Virus record (IMG/VR): IMGVR_UViG_3300043786_000977
Location: 62,001 to 126,000 of that record
Strand: one strand, 5' to 3'
Length of the DNA: 64,000 bases
The notes under the pieces were generated by a model. It made no database searches, was not told the origin of the DNA, and worked only from the letters and a program-made list of their open reading frames with translations. Positions 48,980 to 58,420 of this stretch are shown here, in pieces; positions within the stretch are counted from its first letter, which is position 1; each line of letters opens with the position of its first letter. The position numbers and the translations under genes are program-made.

Positions 48980-49409
48980 TATGCCTCCGGGTGATATCAG
49001 AGAAACGCCACACGAACTCGCTGTAATGGCGCAGACGGTGGCGACCAAGTTAGCTGAACTGATGCGAATCCACGGTATACGGGTACTGGAAGCACGCGTC
49101 ACTCAAATAGGTTCACGCAGTATCTTGCGTAAATCATATAGTGGTATGGTTACTGAACCGCCACAGGCGTATGTTGATATACGTGATGCCACAGTGGCCA
49201 CATTGACTGACTATATGTCGCTCTTTGGCATTACCATGATCGAACTCGTGCCCTCTGATGATGATGTTAAGGTAATCAAAGCCACGTGGGATAACGTTCA
49301 GGAACAGGCCGAGCTGGCGCGTCAGACAAGTACTGCCGCGGCAAAGACTGCTCCTACAGTTGATCCAACCATGACGCCCGTCACACCCCCGGTACGCGCA
49401 CCTGTATGA
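48954..49409 (+). CDS. Hypothetical protein
   Basis: AGGAG RBS. Confidence 0.55.
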   Translation: MKMNVRLNNMPPGDIRETPHELAVMAQTVATKLAELMRIHGIRVLEARVTQIGSRSILRKSYSGMVTEPPQAYVDIRDATVATLTDYMSLFGITMIELVPSDDDVKVIKATWDNVQEQAELARQTSTAAAKTAPTVDPTMTPVTPPVRAPV

Positions 49410-49738
49410 CGCCACAATGGTCAGAATACCAACGAACACAGGTGGGTAAGATTTACGACACTCTTGCCCGCCTGTTGCCCGTAGAAGGGCGTGATTACAC
49501 AATCACGTTTACGTTCGCGGAGTCCGGTGCACCCCATATAGTAATGCATGGTATCACCCCCTTTGGTAAGTTGTGGACAGACCACTGCATGACGACGATG
49601 CGTGCCACACTCGGAACTAAGGATCGTGCTAAAGCGGTTGAACCTGCATCGCCTGGAGAAGTAGACCGCCCCACAATAGTGTTCGCTCCGCCACCCATGA
49701 TACCGTCGGCAGGTCCATTACCACATATGGTGCTTTGA
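49406..49738 (+). CDS. Hypothetical protein
   Basis: ATGA-coupled ORF. Confidence 0.55.
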   Translation: MTPQWSEYQRTQVGKIYDTLARLLPVEGRDYTITFTFAESGAPHIVMHGITPFGKLWTDHCMTTMRATLGTKDRAKAVEPASPGEVDRPTIVFAPPPMIPSAGPLPHMVL

Positions 49739-49779
49739 ACATCTGATACGAATAATCGCTACTAAACAAAAAGGATCAC

Positions 49780-50403
49780 ATGAGTGACACACCTGAACAA
49801 ATCCCTGAAATCCCGACGTCCGGACCAGAAGCTGCACCGAAACCCATTCGTTTGGAGAGTGCCGCTGTGATTGAGTGGCTTGATGCCGAAGGTAAACCAA
49901 CCAACGCGGAGCGTTGTCTGCGCAGTACTGCGGAGTTGTTACGCTTCCTCGTTGAGAAGATTAATACCGGCATCGACCTGAAGACGCAGGTACGTATTAC
50001 GGTCCCGACAGTAGGGGACAAAGACGCGGACGGCCAAACAACGTGCCTACACGTGGCCGAAGGTCCGCTGGAAGAAGTCATGCAACGCCTGCAGGACAGC
50101 ACGCTTACACCGCCGTTGGCCTTGTTTGACCTACAGCGCCGCGTCGAGTTCATGGCCGGACATAGTGCGTTGAAGGGTATCATCATCACGGCTATATTCG
50201 GCGACAGTGAAGTTGGTGGTTTCGGCTATATCTCGACGTTGTCCACTGTGACTGCTGCAGATATCACTGCACTGGGTGATGCTGCTACCAACCAGGCAAC
50301 GCTATTCAAGGATCAGATGAAGAAGCGCGATCCGGAACTTAAGTTCGCCACTGACGAAGAAAAGAATCCGATTATCCTACCTCCGCGTTTTCGTAGGGGA
50401 TAA
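49780..50403 (+). CDS. Hypothetical protein
   Basis: AAGGA RBS. Confidence 0.6.
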   Translation: MSDTPEQIPEIPTSGPEAAPKPIRLESAAVIEWLDAEGKPTNAERCLRSTAELLRFLVEKINTGIDLKTQVRITVPTVGDKDADGQTTCLHVAEGPLEEVMQRLQDSTLTPPLALFDLQRRVEFMAGHSALKGIIITAIFGDSEVGGFGYISTLSTVTAADITALGDAATNQATLFKDQMKKRDPELKFATDEEKNPIILPPRFRRG

Positions 50404-50408
50404 TTACG

Positions 50409-50801
50409 ATGAAATACATGGTGGCTGCGATCCCAGACCAACGGGGTCTCGTAGAGGCGCGGTACAAACTGGCGGGTGCCGGGGAGCCGGTAATACCGTG
50501 GTTCCCCGCACCACCCCGCAACGTATTCTTGTCCCTGGTAAGTTGGAACTTTGCCGACTACGCCAGGGTAACAGAGAGTACATTCAACCTGGATAAGTTC
50601 GTGGGGGACCTGGCTGCACAGTACCCGGGTCTCCCACGCTGTTTGCACGAACGTTATGTTCTGGAGACCGCCACAGTTGCGGGACAACTACCTGTCGGGA
50701 CGTTGGTCCGAACTATTGTTGAACTCAATACAACTTATATACAAGTCCATAATACAACGACCATATTCACGTTGTGGACACAACAGCCTATAAAAGGGTA
50801 G
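50409..50801 (+). CDS. Hypothetical protein
   Basis: Operon-packed ORF. Confidence 0.55.
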   Translation: MKYMVAAIPDQRGLVEARYKLAGAGEPVIPWFPAPPRNVFLSLVSWNFADYARVTESTFNLDKFVGDLAAQYPGLPRCLHERYVLETATVAGQLPVGTLVRTIVELNTTYIQVHNTTTIFTLWTQQPIKG

Positions 50802-50805
50802 ACAG

Positions 50806-51234
50806 ATGAGTATCGAAACTAAGACCATTCACAATGACGAATTACGCGTGCTGACAGACCTCCTGACAATACTGACGCCAGAGACAACGGACATGGATCC
50901 CCTCAAGTTGACCGTGCTATTACGCCGCGCCGAGGTGTTCCTTGCTGACTGGCGCACGCACCTGCGCACGGAGGCCAACAGCGCCTATGTTCAGTTGCAG
51001 GGCTCTAAGCCCGATCAACGGACATGGCCGATCGAGGACTTGGCGCTCCTGACAAACTATACGCCGGCCGGTAGTTGGTCTTATCCTCCTGACATCGTTA
51101 AACTGATAGGCGAGGTTAAGGCCAAGCAAGAACTCGCCAAGCAGCAGAAGACAGCCACGATGGTGGCGGCGCCCCGTCCCGATCCGACACAAGTGGCGCT
51201 ATTCGCAATCAGTCTCAAGGACACACCCGCATGA
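50806..51234 (+). CDS. Hypothetical protein
   Basis: Operon-packed ORF. Confidence 0.55.
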   Translation: MSIETKTIHNDELRVLTDLLTILTPETTDMDPLKLTVLLRRAEVFLADWRTHLRTEANSAYVQLQGSKPDQRTWPIEDLALLTNYTPAGSWSYPPDIVKLIGEVKAKQELAKQQKTATMVAAPRPDPTQVALFAISLKDTPA

Positions 51235-52256
51235 GTGACCGACGCCGACTTATGGATATGCCAAGGGACCATTTGATTCATGTGGTCCCCCAGCTTCGTA
51301 TTTCCGGCGTCCTGTCTATGCTATGTGACTCAGTACAGGTGCTCACGGGGTATCGGCATACGCTGGTACACGCGACACCTGTTACTGCGCCCCTGGACGA
51401 AATCATAACACTCTTGCAGTTCTATGGTTTCGACGTACTGCAGACAGACACGATCACACCTGCACAGATTAACGAGTTACAAGGATCGGGCATGATCGTT
51501 TACGGGACACAGGGTGCTAATATGACAGGGTTGGGCCGTATGTTGCCGTCGATCTACTACGCCTACGGAAACTACGACCCTAAGATAGAGCCTGACATTG
51601 TGGTACCTTGTTCACCGTATGCAGCACGTGTTGCGTATGATGGGACACCGTTAAAGTTAGATGAACGGGATGCTATTATGCCGTTCGTGGATAGTCGCGG
51701 ATATCGACAGATGGCTGGAGCTCCGGCTTTGTTTACAGTTGGGATATTTTCGAGCAACGAACACGAAAAGTATCCGTACAACCTTGTACGCACACTAGTC
51801 AAGCGCTGGCCGGACAACATGCGTCTGCTGGTGACCACGCCGCCCATTGTAGATCCTGAGCTAAAGGCAGATCTGACACGGCTCGGTTCCCGTGTTGTCC
51901 TCTGTTCACCGCGGCCTATTGGTGCGTTACTGTACACCGTACAGATCGACGTGCTGATCCACGCTACTGCGCCCGGTTACCACGATCCTTATGGGCGTAC
52001 TGCTGTGGAGGCATTAGCTCTAGGTAAAGCTGTGTTATGTGAACGTCGCGGACACTTGAGTGAGGTGTTGACCGATAAAATTAACACAGTGATGTACGAT
52101 ACGCCTGATGAAGCGTTAGAACTTGTTAAGTGGTTGCATGCTCACGACAGTGCGCGTACACAACTCGCCGCTAGTGGTCAGATGTGGGCGTCGTGGCAGG
52201 ATCTAAGCACGGCGACACTAAAACTACAACGCACATTAAGATATATCGGTGCATGA
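51231..52256 (+). CDS. GT-B fold glycosyltransferase (GT4-like)
   Basis: DVLIH......DPYGRTAVEALALGKAVL....G.LSE. Confidence 0.8.
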   Translation: MSDRRRLMDMPRDHLIHVVPQLRISGVLSMLCDSVQVLTGYRHTLVHATPVTAPLDEIITLLQFYGFDVLQTDTITPAQINELQGSGMIVYGTQGANMTGLGRMLPSIYYAYGNYDPKIEPDIVVPCSPYAARVAYDGTPLKLDERDAIMPFVDSRGYRQMAGAPALFTVGIFSSNEHEKYPYNLVRTLVKRWPDNMRLLVTTPPIVDPELKADLTRLGSRVVLCSPRPIGALLYTVQIDVLIHATAPGYHDPYGRTAVEALALGKAVLCERRGHLSEVLTDKINTVMYDTPDEALELVKWLHAHDSARTQLAASGQMWASWQDLSTATLKLQRTLRYIGA

Positions 52257-52268
52257 ATATATGCACAC

Positions 52269-53258
52269 ATGAAGTATTGGATACGCCGGTTACGCACGAT
52301 ACCAATCTTACCGTCGGTATGCCTGGATGGATCATATTCCATCACTTATACCGACATAGATGGCAGAAAGTCCAATAGAGTTATGCAGTTATTGAAACCA
52401 TCGTCGGATCGTAAGACACGTTCTTATGATAGTCAGAAGAACACGTTCGGGTTGTTGCCTGGACCAGAAGGTACATGTCCTGGAGCGACTGCAGCCGCAA
52501 AGGGTTGTTGGTTCAAGGCGCCGGGACGCAAAACGAGTACATGTTATGTCGATAACATAATGCGGCTCTACAAAGGTGTATACGGTATTCTGGAGTACAA
52601 TACACGTGTACTACGCGAAGCCGCAGCATCAGCGACACCGATTCAGAGCATGGTAGAAATACTCGATGCCGAATTCACACGATTCAAAGATGCAGAGACG
52701 AAGCATCAAGCCAAAACAGCTGAACCACTGAGTCTGAACTACAGACTTCATTGGGCTGGCGACATATTCAATACGGATTATGCTCAGGCCTTGCATCAGG
52801 CAATGGTCAAGCATCCAGAGATCCACTTTTGGAACTATACGAGATCCTTTTTCGCAGTTCCATACATAATCAACACACCCAACCTGATCCAATATCTTTC
52901 CCTAGATCCAGTGAACATTACAGAAGGGCTCATCACATATACCGATTGTAACGGCCCGAACAACCCACGATTGCAGCTGTGTTACATGGGACGCGATGAG
53001 CCCTCTGACACAGCACCATTGAAACACTTACCCTATGACAACTTTGAACAAATGCGACAACACACTTTCGAGATACTTACGGCGCGTAATGACGTGCGTA
53101 AAATGCTTGGTCAATCTGTTAAGCAGATTAACTGGCTGGCACAACTGCGTTTCAGCGCGTGTCCAGTCGATATTGGTAAAATCAAACTGGAAAACGGTTG
53201 TGTCAACTGTAAGCGTTGCACCACCGCAGGTACGGAACCCGTGTGGTTTGCGTCATGA
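52269..53258 (+). CDS. Gp88-like (radical-SAM-related) protein
   Basis: FGL.PG..GTCPGA...C...CY, YRLHWAGDIF, WNYTRS, CP...C..CKRC. Confidence 0.7.
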   Translation: MKYWIRRLRTIPILPSVCLDGSYSITYTDIDGRKSNRVMQLLKPSSDRKTRSYDSQKNTFGLLPGPEGTCPGATAAAKGCWFKAPGRKTSTCYVDNIMRLYKGVYGILEYNTRVLREAAASATPIQSMVEILDAEFTRFKDAETKHQAKTAEPLSLNYRLHWAGDIFNTDYAQALHQAMVKHPEIHFWNYTRSFFAVPYIINTPNLIQYLSLDPVNITEGLITYTDCNGPNNPRLQLCYMGRDEPSDTAPLKHLPYDNFEQMRQHTFEILTARNDVRKMLGQSVKQINWLAQLRFSACPVDIGKIKLENGCVNCKRCTTAGTEPVWFAS

Positions 53259-53542
53259 GAGTTACACCTCGTTCAGCCGTTGTACATGTACTTGACATGC
53301 TCATCCTGGCCAAACGGCCTTGTACAGCGGTTGAACTTGGTAGACTTAGCCGGCGCCTCGCACGTCGTATTAATACAACTGAACGACAGCAGCGAGCACT
53401 TGATCGGCGGTGTCTCACGCGACCCTTGCGGTTATTACGTGAACATGGTCTAATAGAACGTCTACCAAATCCGCCGCCCTATGTCTATGTCCCCACAGAT
53501 TATGGGCGTAAGTGGTTAATCGATAAGAGGCATTTACCGTGA
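53255..53542 (+). CDS. Winged-helix protein
   Basis: LRLLREHGLIER...YVYVPTDYG. Confidence 0.6.
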   Translation: MRVTPRSAVVHVLDMLILAKRPCTAVELGRLSRRLARRINTTERQQRALDRRCLTRPLRLLREHGLIERLPNPPPYVYVPTDYGRKWLIDKRHLP

Positions 53543-54408
53543 TCCTTATTCATTACAGCCAAAATGGCATGAAGCGAACTGCAGACTTGACCGATCTATA
53601 CAGCGGTCAAACGGCCATGCTTGTCGGCGGCGCACCGTCCTTAAAAACACAGGCACTCAACCTGTTGGCACAGCGCGGCGTCCTCACGATGGCCATGAAC
53701 AATGCCGGTATGCACTTTCAGTCTAGTTTATGGTGTGGCGTAGATAGACCCGAATGTTACGAACCCCAACTGATGTTGGATCCACGTATCATTAAGTTCG
53801 GTAATATAGCGCACGCTGAGACGCAACTGAATGCCAGCTACGGTAATCGTAAATTCAGACAGATGCCTAATATGTACTTCTACCTGCTCGAAGAGCGTGT
53901 TCCTTGGGCCGAATTACTATCGGTCAGACGCGCAATTCCCTGGTATAACAACACGCTATTCACATCCATTTGTATCTTGTATCATTTGGGTGTAAGACGT
54001 ATAATATTAGCCGGTTCTGATTTCTCAAGCGGTTATGCACATAACACGATTCTGACATCACTGGAGCAGAAGTGGAATGCTGATCTGTACAATAGTCAAG
54101 TACATGAATTACGTAGATTCAAGCCCATATTCGATAAAGCGGGTCTTGAATTCTTTGACTGTTCCGTCAATAGTCGTGTCGCACAAGTGTACAAGAAAAT
54201 TACAATGGAAGAGGCTGTGGAGTTATGCCTCAGTAGTTTTCCGCAGGTACGCCTGGATTCAACCCAGTTACCTCATTGCTCAAAGTTTGCTAATACAACG
54301 ATTCAGGACCAGATTGCAAAGTGGCCCGGCTACAAACTCGTTCAAGGCGAGACTGAGCCAGTACCGCAACCGAACATAACGAATGAAGAACGACGAACTG
54401 TCGTGTAA
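53539..54408 (+). CDS. Glycosyltransferase-like protein (Maf/DUF115-like fold)
   Basis: VGGAPSL, AMNN, GVD, LGVRRIILAGSDF. Confidence 0.65.
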   Translation: MILIHYSQNGMKRTADLTDLYSGQTAMLVGGAPSLKTQALNLLAQRGVLTMAMNNAGMHFQSSLWCGVDRPECYEPQLMLDPRIIKFGNIAHAETQLNASYGNRKFRQMPNMYFYLLEERVPWAELLSVRRAIPWYNNTLFTSICILYHLGVRRIILAGSDFSSGYAHNTILTSLEQKWNADLYNSQVHELRRFKPIFDKAGLEFFDCSVNSRVAQVYKKITMEEAVELCLSSFPQVRLDSTQLPHCSKFANTTIQDQIAKWPGYKLVQGETEPVPQPNITNEERRTVV

Positions 54409-54422
54409 GGTAGGAGAATATA

Positions 54423-55004
54423 ATGCTAGAACCAAAACACATTGTGAAACTGCAATTGGATCACGTACGACTTGCTGTACATCAGACAATGCCGCAGCCG
54501 AGGTACGTGAACAAACCGTTGATCGGGCAGTTTACTACGTTGAGTGATACAATATTGACGAGTTTGCTTCAGATTGATCCTGAGGCATTCCGCCAGCAGT
54601 TGGAGTTAGCGCGTCAGTATGGCACCACTTATCTGACTGAGGATTCAGAGAAGCGTCCGATAGGGATTACGGCTACGACGTCACTGATAAAATCAGGTAC
54701 TGTAATAACGAAGAGTTTGATAGTGCCTCAGGACTTTCTTAAGTTCGATCGTCGTCTATCTGATCACCTGATCGTAGGCGTATTTGTACGGGGCCATGTA
54801 GATCAAGCAAGTGGCTTGTTGGCCTACGACGATTCAGTAGAGGTTGCAGGTTGGGCAACTTCGAGAGATATTCAACACATGCAGGCCATTGCACCGCCAC
54901 CGACATTCCAATCGAAGTTGCGCGTGCTAACGGTACCGTGTACAGCGTTACGCCCGATCAATACGCTACTACAACGGTTAATGACCGATAATCTAGTAGT
55001 TTAA
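54423..55004 (+). CDS. Hypothetical protein
   Basis: AGGAG RBS; VEVAGW...LRPI. Confidence 0.6.
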   Translation: MLEPKHIVKLQLDHVRLAVHQTMPQPRYVNKPLIGQFTTLSDTILTSLLQIDPEAFRQQLELARQYGTTYLTEDSEKRPIGITATTSLIKSGTVITKSLIVPQDFLKFDRRLSDHLIVGVFVRGHVDQASGLLAYDDSVEVAGWATSRDIQHMQAIAPPPTFQSKLRVLTVPCTALRPINTLLQRLMTDNLVV

Positions 55005-55016
55005 CCTGGGGGTAAT

Positions 55017-55904
55017 ATGAAACTTGTTGAATATAACTTCAACTGTGCATCACGGTCCGATGAATTCACTTTCTACGTACTTGGCGACGTACATGTTGGC
55101 GCGTCCAACTGTGCCGAGGATAAGTTACAGCGGATCGTAACACGGATCAAGAACGAGCCTAACGCCTATTGGTTTGGCGGCGGCGATATGTGTGATGCCG
55201 TAATCCTGGGCGATGCTAAACGGTTTGATCCGTCAACATTACCTGACTGGTTACTGAAGGGGCGTGACCCGCAGGAGGTTAGGCATAATCTCACGGACAT
55301 TCTGGACGCACAGAAGCGTAGATTATTCAAATTCCTGGCGCCTATCAAAGATAAGTGTTTAGGTCTGATAGAAGGCAACCACGAATACACGATCATGAAG
55401 CACCACAACCGTGACTTCATGCAAGAACTGTGTAAACACTTCAATGTGATAAACCTGACAGACTGTGCGTTTATGCGATTCAAGTTTAAGCGCACGACCG
55501 GTTGTAATGCGGTAGCCGTTGTCCGTGCCTTCATAAGTCACGGGCACGGTGGTGGGCGGACGTCTGGGGCAGAACCCAATAACCTGTACAGGTTGGCAGC
55601 CGACAAGGAATGCGAGATCATCCTGAAAGGGCACTCCCATTCATTCTGTATCCACCCGCCGATTCCCATGCTGTCAATACCTGCACGCGGTGACCTTCCG
55701 GCCAATCCGATAGTATACGACAAACACGCAGCCAATTGGGGCAGCTACGTCTACACGTATCAGACCGGACCATCCACGTATGCAAGCAGGGCAAACTACC
55801 CAGTGCGCCCGATGTATACGTGTCAGGTAAAAGTAAAGCCACATCATATGACAAGCCAGAAGACGTTACAACCTCAGATTGAAATGAATGCCATACGACT
55901 ATGA
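55017..55904 (+). CDS. Calcineurin-like metallophosphoesterase
   Basis: GDVH, GGD..D, GNHE, HG, GHSH. Confidence 0.9.
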   Translation: MKLVEYNFNCASRSDEFTFYVLGDVHVGASNCAEDKLQRIVTRIKNEPNAYWFGGGDMCDAVILGDAKRFDPSTLPDWLLKGRDPQEVRHNLTDILDAQKRRLFKFLAPIKDKCLGLIEGNHEYTIMKHHNRDFMQELCKHFNVINLTDCAFMRFKFKRTTGCNAVAVVRAFISHGHGGGRTSGAEPNNLYRLAADKECEIILKGHSHSFCIHPPIPMLSIPARGDLPANPIVYDKHAANWGSYVYTYQTGPSTYASRANYPVRPMYTCQVKVKPHHMTSQKTLQPQIEMNAIRL

Positions 55905-56251
55905 GACCTAAACTTAGTACGATAACTAAGCGATCTACACCACACAAGATGCCACGCAGTCGGACAAAAAAGCCGGCGACTAATGAGCGCCTTGTGCTGG
56001 TGTATGCGGGGTTAAGTACCGCTTTCCGTGTGTGTGAATTCAATAACTGGGCCACGATGGCTCAGTTCATAGCACGTAATAAGCTTACCAAGGATGAGTT
56101 CATGGTACTTCAGGGTACCATTGTCAGTGTGACCGCAGCATACAGAGATAGACTAAACCACCCGGTCGATCTGATCGACGTGGACGTACTGGAGGATATG
56201 AATGCAGAAACCAAAGTGGCCGACCCGGAAGCGTCGCCAGGCGATGATTGA
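55901..56251 (+). CDS. Hypothetical protein
   Basis: Overlap-coupled ORF. Confidence 0.5.
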   Translation: MRPKLSTITKRSTPHKMPRSRTKKPATNERLVLVYAGLSTAFRVCEFNNWATMAQFIARNKLTKDEFMVLQGTIVSVTAAYRDRLNHPVDLIDVDVLEDMNAETKVADPEASPGDD

Positions 56252-56525
56252 TGCTGTGGAGGCATGGGCACAAGACAACGACACTACAGTAATGCTTATC
56301 GGTACTGATGATGATAATGTTGACTACGCTCCTGCGATAATCGGTGTCACACACGAACCCCGTATGGCAGTCGTGTACAGCATGTCCAAGTTGATTGCCT
56401 GCTTTATGCACGTAAATAAATGGTCGCACGAGACCGCGACGGAGTGGGTAGATTTCAACGTAGTCCGTTCTCTACCTTACTACGGCAACAACGGACCGAT
56501 ATTAGTGGAGGATCTGGATGTCTGA
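56244..56525 (+). CDS. Phage hypothetical protein
   Basis: AIIGV...VYS...EA.EW.DFN....PY.G..GP pattern. Confidence 0.7.
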   Translation: MIDAVEAWAQDNDTTVMLIGTDDDNVDYAPAIIGVTHEPRMAVVYSMSKLIACFMHVNKWSHETATEWVDFNVVRSLPYYGNNGPILVEDLDV

Positions 56526-57300
56526 TAACGAGTCACCACCTAACCATATCGCAGAAGCCGTTGCGAGGCTAATGCAAACACACGTAGCACTAACCAATGC
56601 CATAATAGGCACGGCAAACTGTTTGGCAGGTGGCCTGTTACAATTGCGCGCCCACGAACGTGGGATCGAAGGGCACGATGACATCGTTGTCATTATCAAA
56701 GATGAGTTGATGGCAACAGTGAAGACCATATATTCAGATGCCCTCGACTGCCTGACCAGTGGTGTGACGTCTAAAGATACGCAGGTCTTACAGGCGCAGT
56801 ACACGGCTATGTGTGCCGTACCTATACGGGACCGCCTGGTAGCAGTGGTTACCAGGTATAAACCTGCCTTCAAGAAATCTAAGGCTGTACCGGCGATTAT
56901 GGATGCGTACTTATATAATCTGGCACAGTCATTAGATTCAGATATCAAAGCTATCATGACCTTGTTCGCGGTGTCGCTCTACGCATCTGAAGTAGGTGCA
57001 ATCGAAAACGCAAAAGATTCACTACCCGAGATCGTGAAACAGAGCATTAATGACGGTATGCCGTATATCGAAGGCGAGATTGATAAGGTATTTGACCTGG
57101 TATCACCTGAGTTGGATGCCATTGCTCAACTCGAGCACCAGATGTTTGAACAACTCGTAGGCGACGGTATCTCCGAGTCAGATGCCTTGGTAACGATTCA
57201 TAAACAGACAGGCGATCGGGTACGCGCACTCTTGTTTGAAAACGGGGCGCCTGACAACGACGAGAGTGCCGGGACCATCAACATCAACGATACGGAATAA
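56518..57300 (+). CDS. Helical hypothetical protein
   Basis: GGAGG RBS. Confidence 0.6.
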   Translation: MSDNESPPNHIAEAVARLMQTHVALTNAIIGTANCLAGGLLQLRAHERGIEGHDDIVVIIKDELMATVKTIYSDALDCLTSGVTSKDTQVLQAQYTAMCAVPIRDRLVAVVTRYKPAFKKSKAVPAIMDAYLYNLAQSLDSDIKAIMTLFAVSLYASEVGAIENAKDSLPEIVKQSINDGMPYIEGEIDKVFDLVSPELDAIAQLEHQMFEQLVGDGISESDALVTIHKQTGDRVRALLFENGAPDNDESAGTININDTE

Positions 57301-57312
57301 CAGCAACAACGG

Positions 57313-57420
57313 CGCAGTGACATCGCGGGACAAAACAAGCACAAGTTCGACGTAACAGCGTGCAGGGGATTGGCGTCTCGATAACGATATCACTGCGACA
57401 TCCGAAAAACCCAATCCCCT
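57313..57420 (+). ncRNA. Candidate pseudoknotted RNA
   Basis: 57313-25/57385-97 (12 of 13 bp), 57326-31/57375-80, crossing 10-bp helix 57364-73/57411-20. Confidence 0.55.
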
Positions 57421-57427
57421 TCTATTT

Positions 57428-57458
57428 AAGGTCCTGGCAGTGATCCTGTCAGGACCTT
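57428..57458 (+). terminator. Stem-loop
   Basis: AAGGTCCTGGCAG-TGATC-CTGTCAGGACCTT followed by CTTACTTT. Confidence 0.65.
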
Positions 57459-57476
57459 CTTACTTTGGGAGACATT

Positions 57477-57650
57477 ATGGCTATCAAAGTCAAAAAATTG
57501 AGAAAGTGGCTGGATTCACTTAACGGAAAAAAAGTAGCTATCAACGAAGATGGATCATGTCTTGTTGAGCTCAACACCAATGATGCACAAACAGACGCTT
57601 ATCTGGAAGTAGGCGGTATTCCAGATACCGAGGAGGATGAAGATGCCTAA
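57477..57650 (+). CDS. Small hypothetical protein
   Basis: GGGAG RBS. Confidence 0.55.
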   Translation: MAIKVKKLRKWLDSLNGKKVAINEDGSCLVELNTNDAQTDAYLEVGGIPDTEEDEDA

Positions 57651-57897
57651 GATTCATATAGGTTACGTTATTGTATGTCGTGGTTACCCACCTGACAGTA
57701 ATCCCTACAAGGGTAGTTCTGCAGGTCTGTCATTGTTAGGGCAAGAACGTCGGCTAGCTTTGCGCGGGTTTATGAATGGGGATGCAACAGAAGATTATAC
57801 ATTCTGGTATGCCCCCTGTCACGGTGGTGCGCGCTTATGTACCCGGGATGAAGTTAACTGGGATGCGAGCGATCTTAAATTAAAAGACAAGGAATAA
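57643..57897 (+). CDS. Hypothetical protein
   Basis: GAGGAGG RBS. Confidence 0.55.
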   Translation: MPKIHIGYVIVCRGYPPDSNPYKGSSAGLSLLGQERRLALRGFMNGDATEDYTFWYAPCHGGARLCTRDEVNWDASDLKLKDKE

Positions 57898-57911
57898 GGG
57901 AGAAACTAAAC

Positions 57912-58277
57912 ATGCGAAAAGCGTGTCTTGAATGTGTGTACAAACACTTAGGTGATGCAGCCATATGGGAGATCGAATATCACCTAGGGTATCCGGGATT
58001 CAAACTCTACATCGTCGGAAGTCTGAATCACGCCTCACACGAGGCATATGCAGCGAATAAGGAACTAGCATGGTTACTACGTGAACATCGCATTAACTGG
58101 TGGGCGGACCCTAACAACTACCGTGTACCCTACGAGGCCTTAGCTGCGTATGTGGCCATCTGCCTACAGGTACCTGAAGGTGACGCCATGCCGGGACTAC
58201 CCGAGGACTGTGTTGCTGGAATAGCACCTACTATGAGCGGCCGGATTGTCTATAGTATGGACACACGTCCTGACTAA
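57912..58277 (+). CDS. Hypothetical protein with N-terminal CxxC...H motif
   Basis: MRKACLECVYKHL; GGGAG RBS. Confidence 0.65.
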   Translation: MRKACLECVYKHLGDAAIWEIEYHLGYPGFKLYIVGSLNHASHEAYAANKELAWLLREHRINWWADPNNYRVPYEALAAYVAICLQVPEGDAMPGLPEDCVAGIAPTMSGRIVYSMDTRPD

Positions 58278-58420
58278 ATAATGACACCCTACACGTTATA
58301 ACAAATGTGTCGGGATTGGTTTACTTTCTGTCGCGGTAAGGAGCCGTGACGTAGAAGTAGATCATACCCGGTGTAAATTGTATTTAGCGTCTAGAGGGCG
58401 CTACAAAGGAGAACGGCAGT

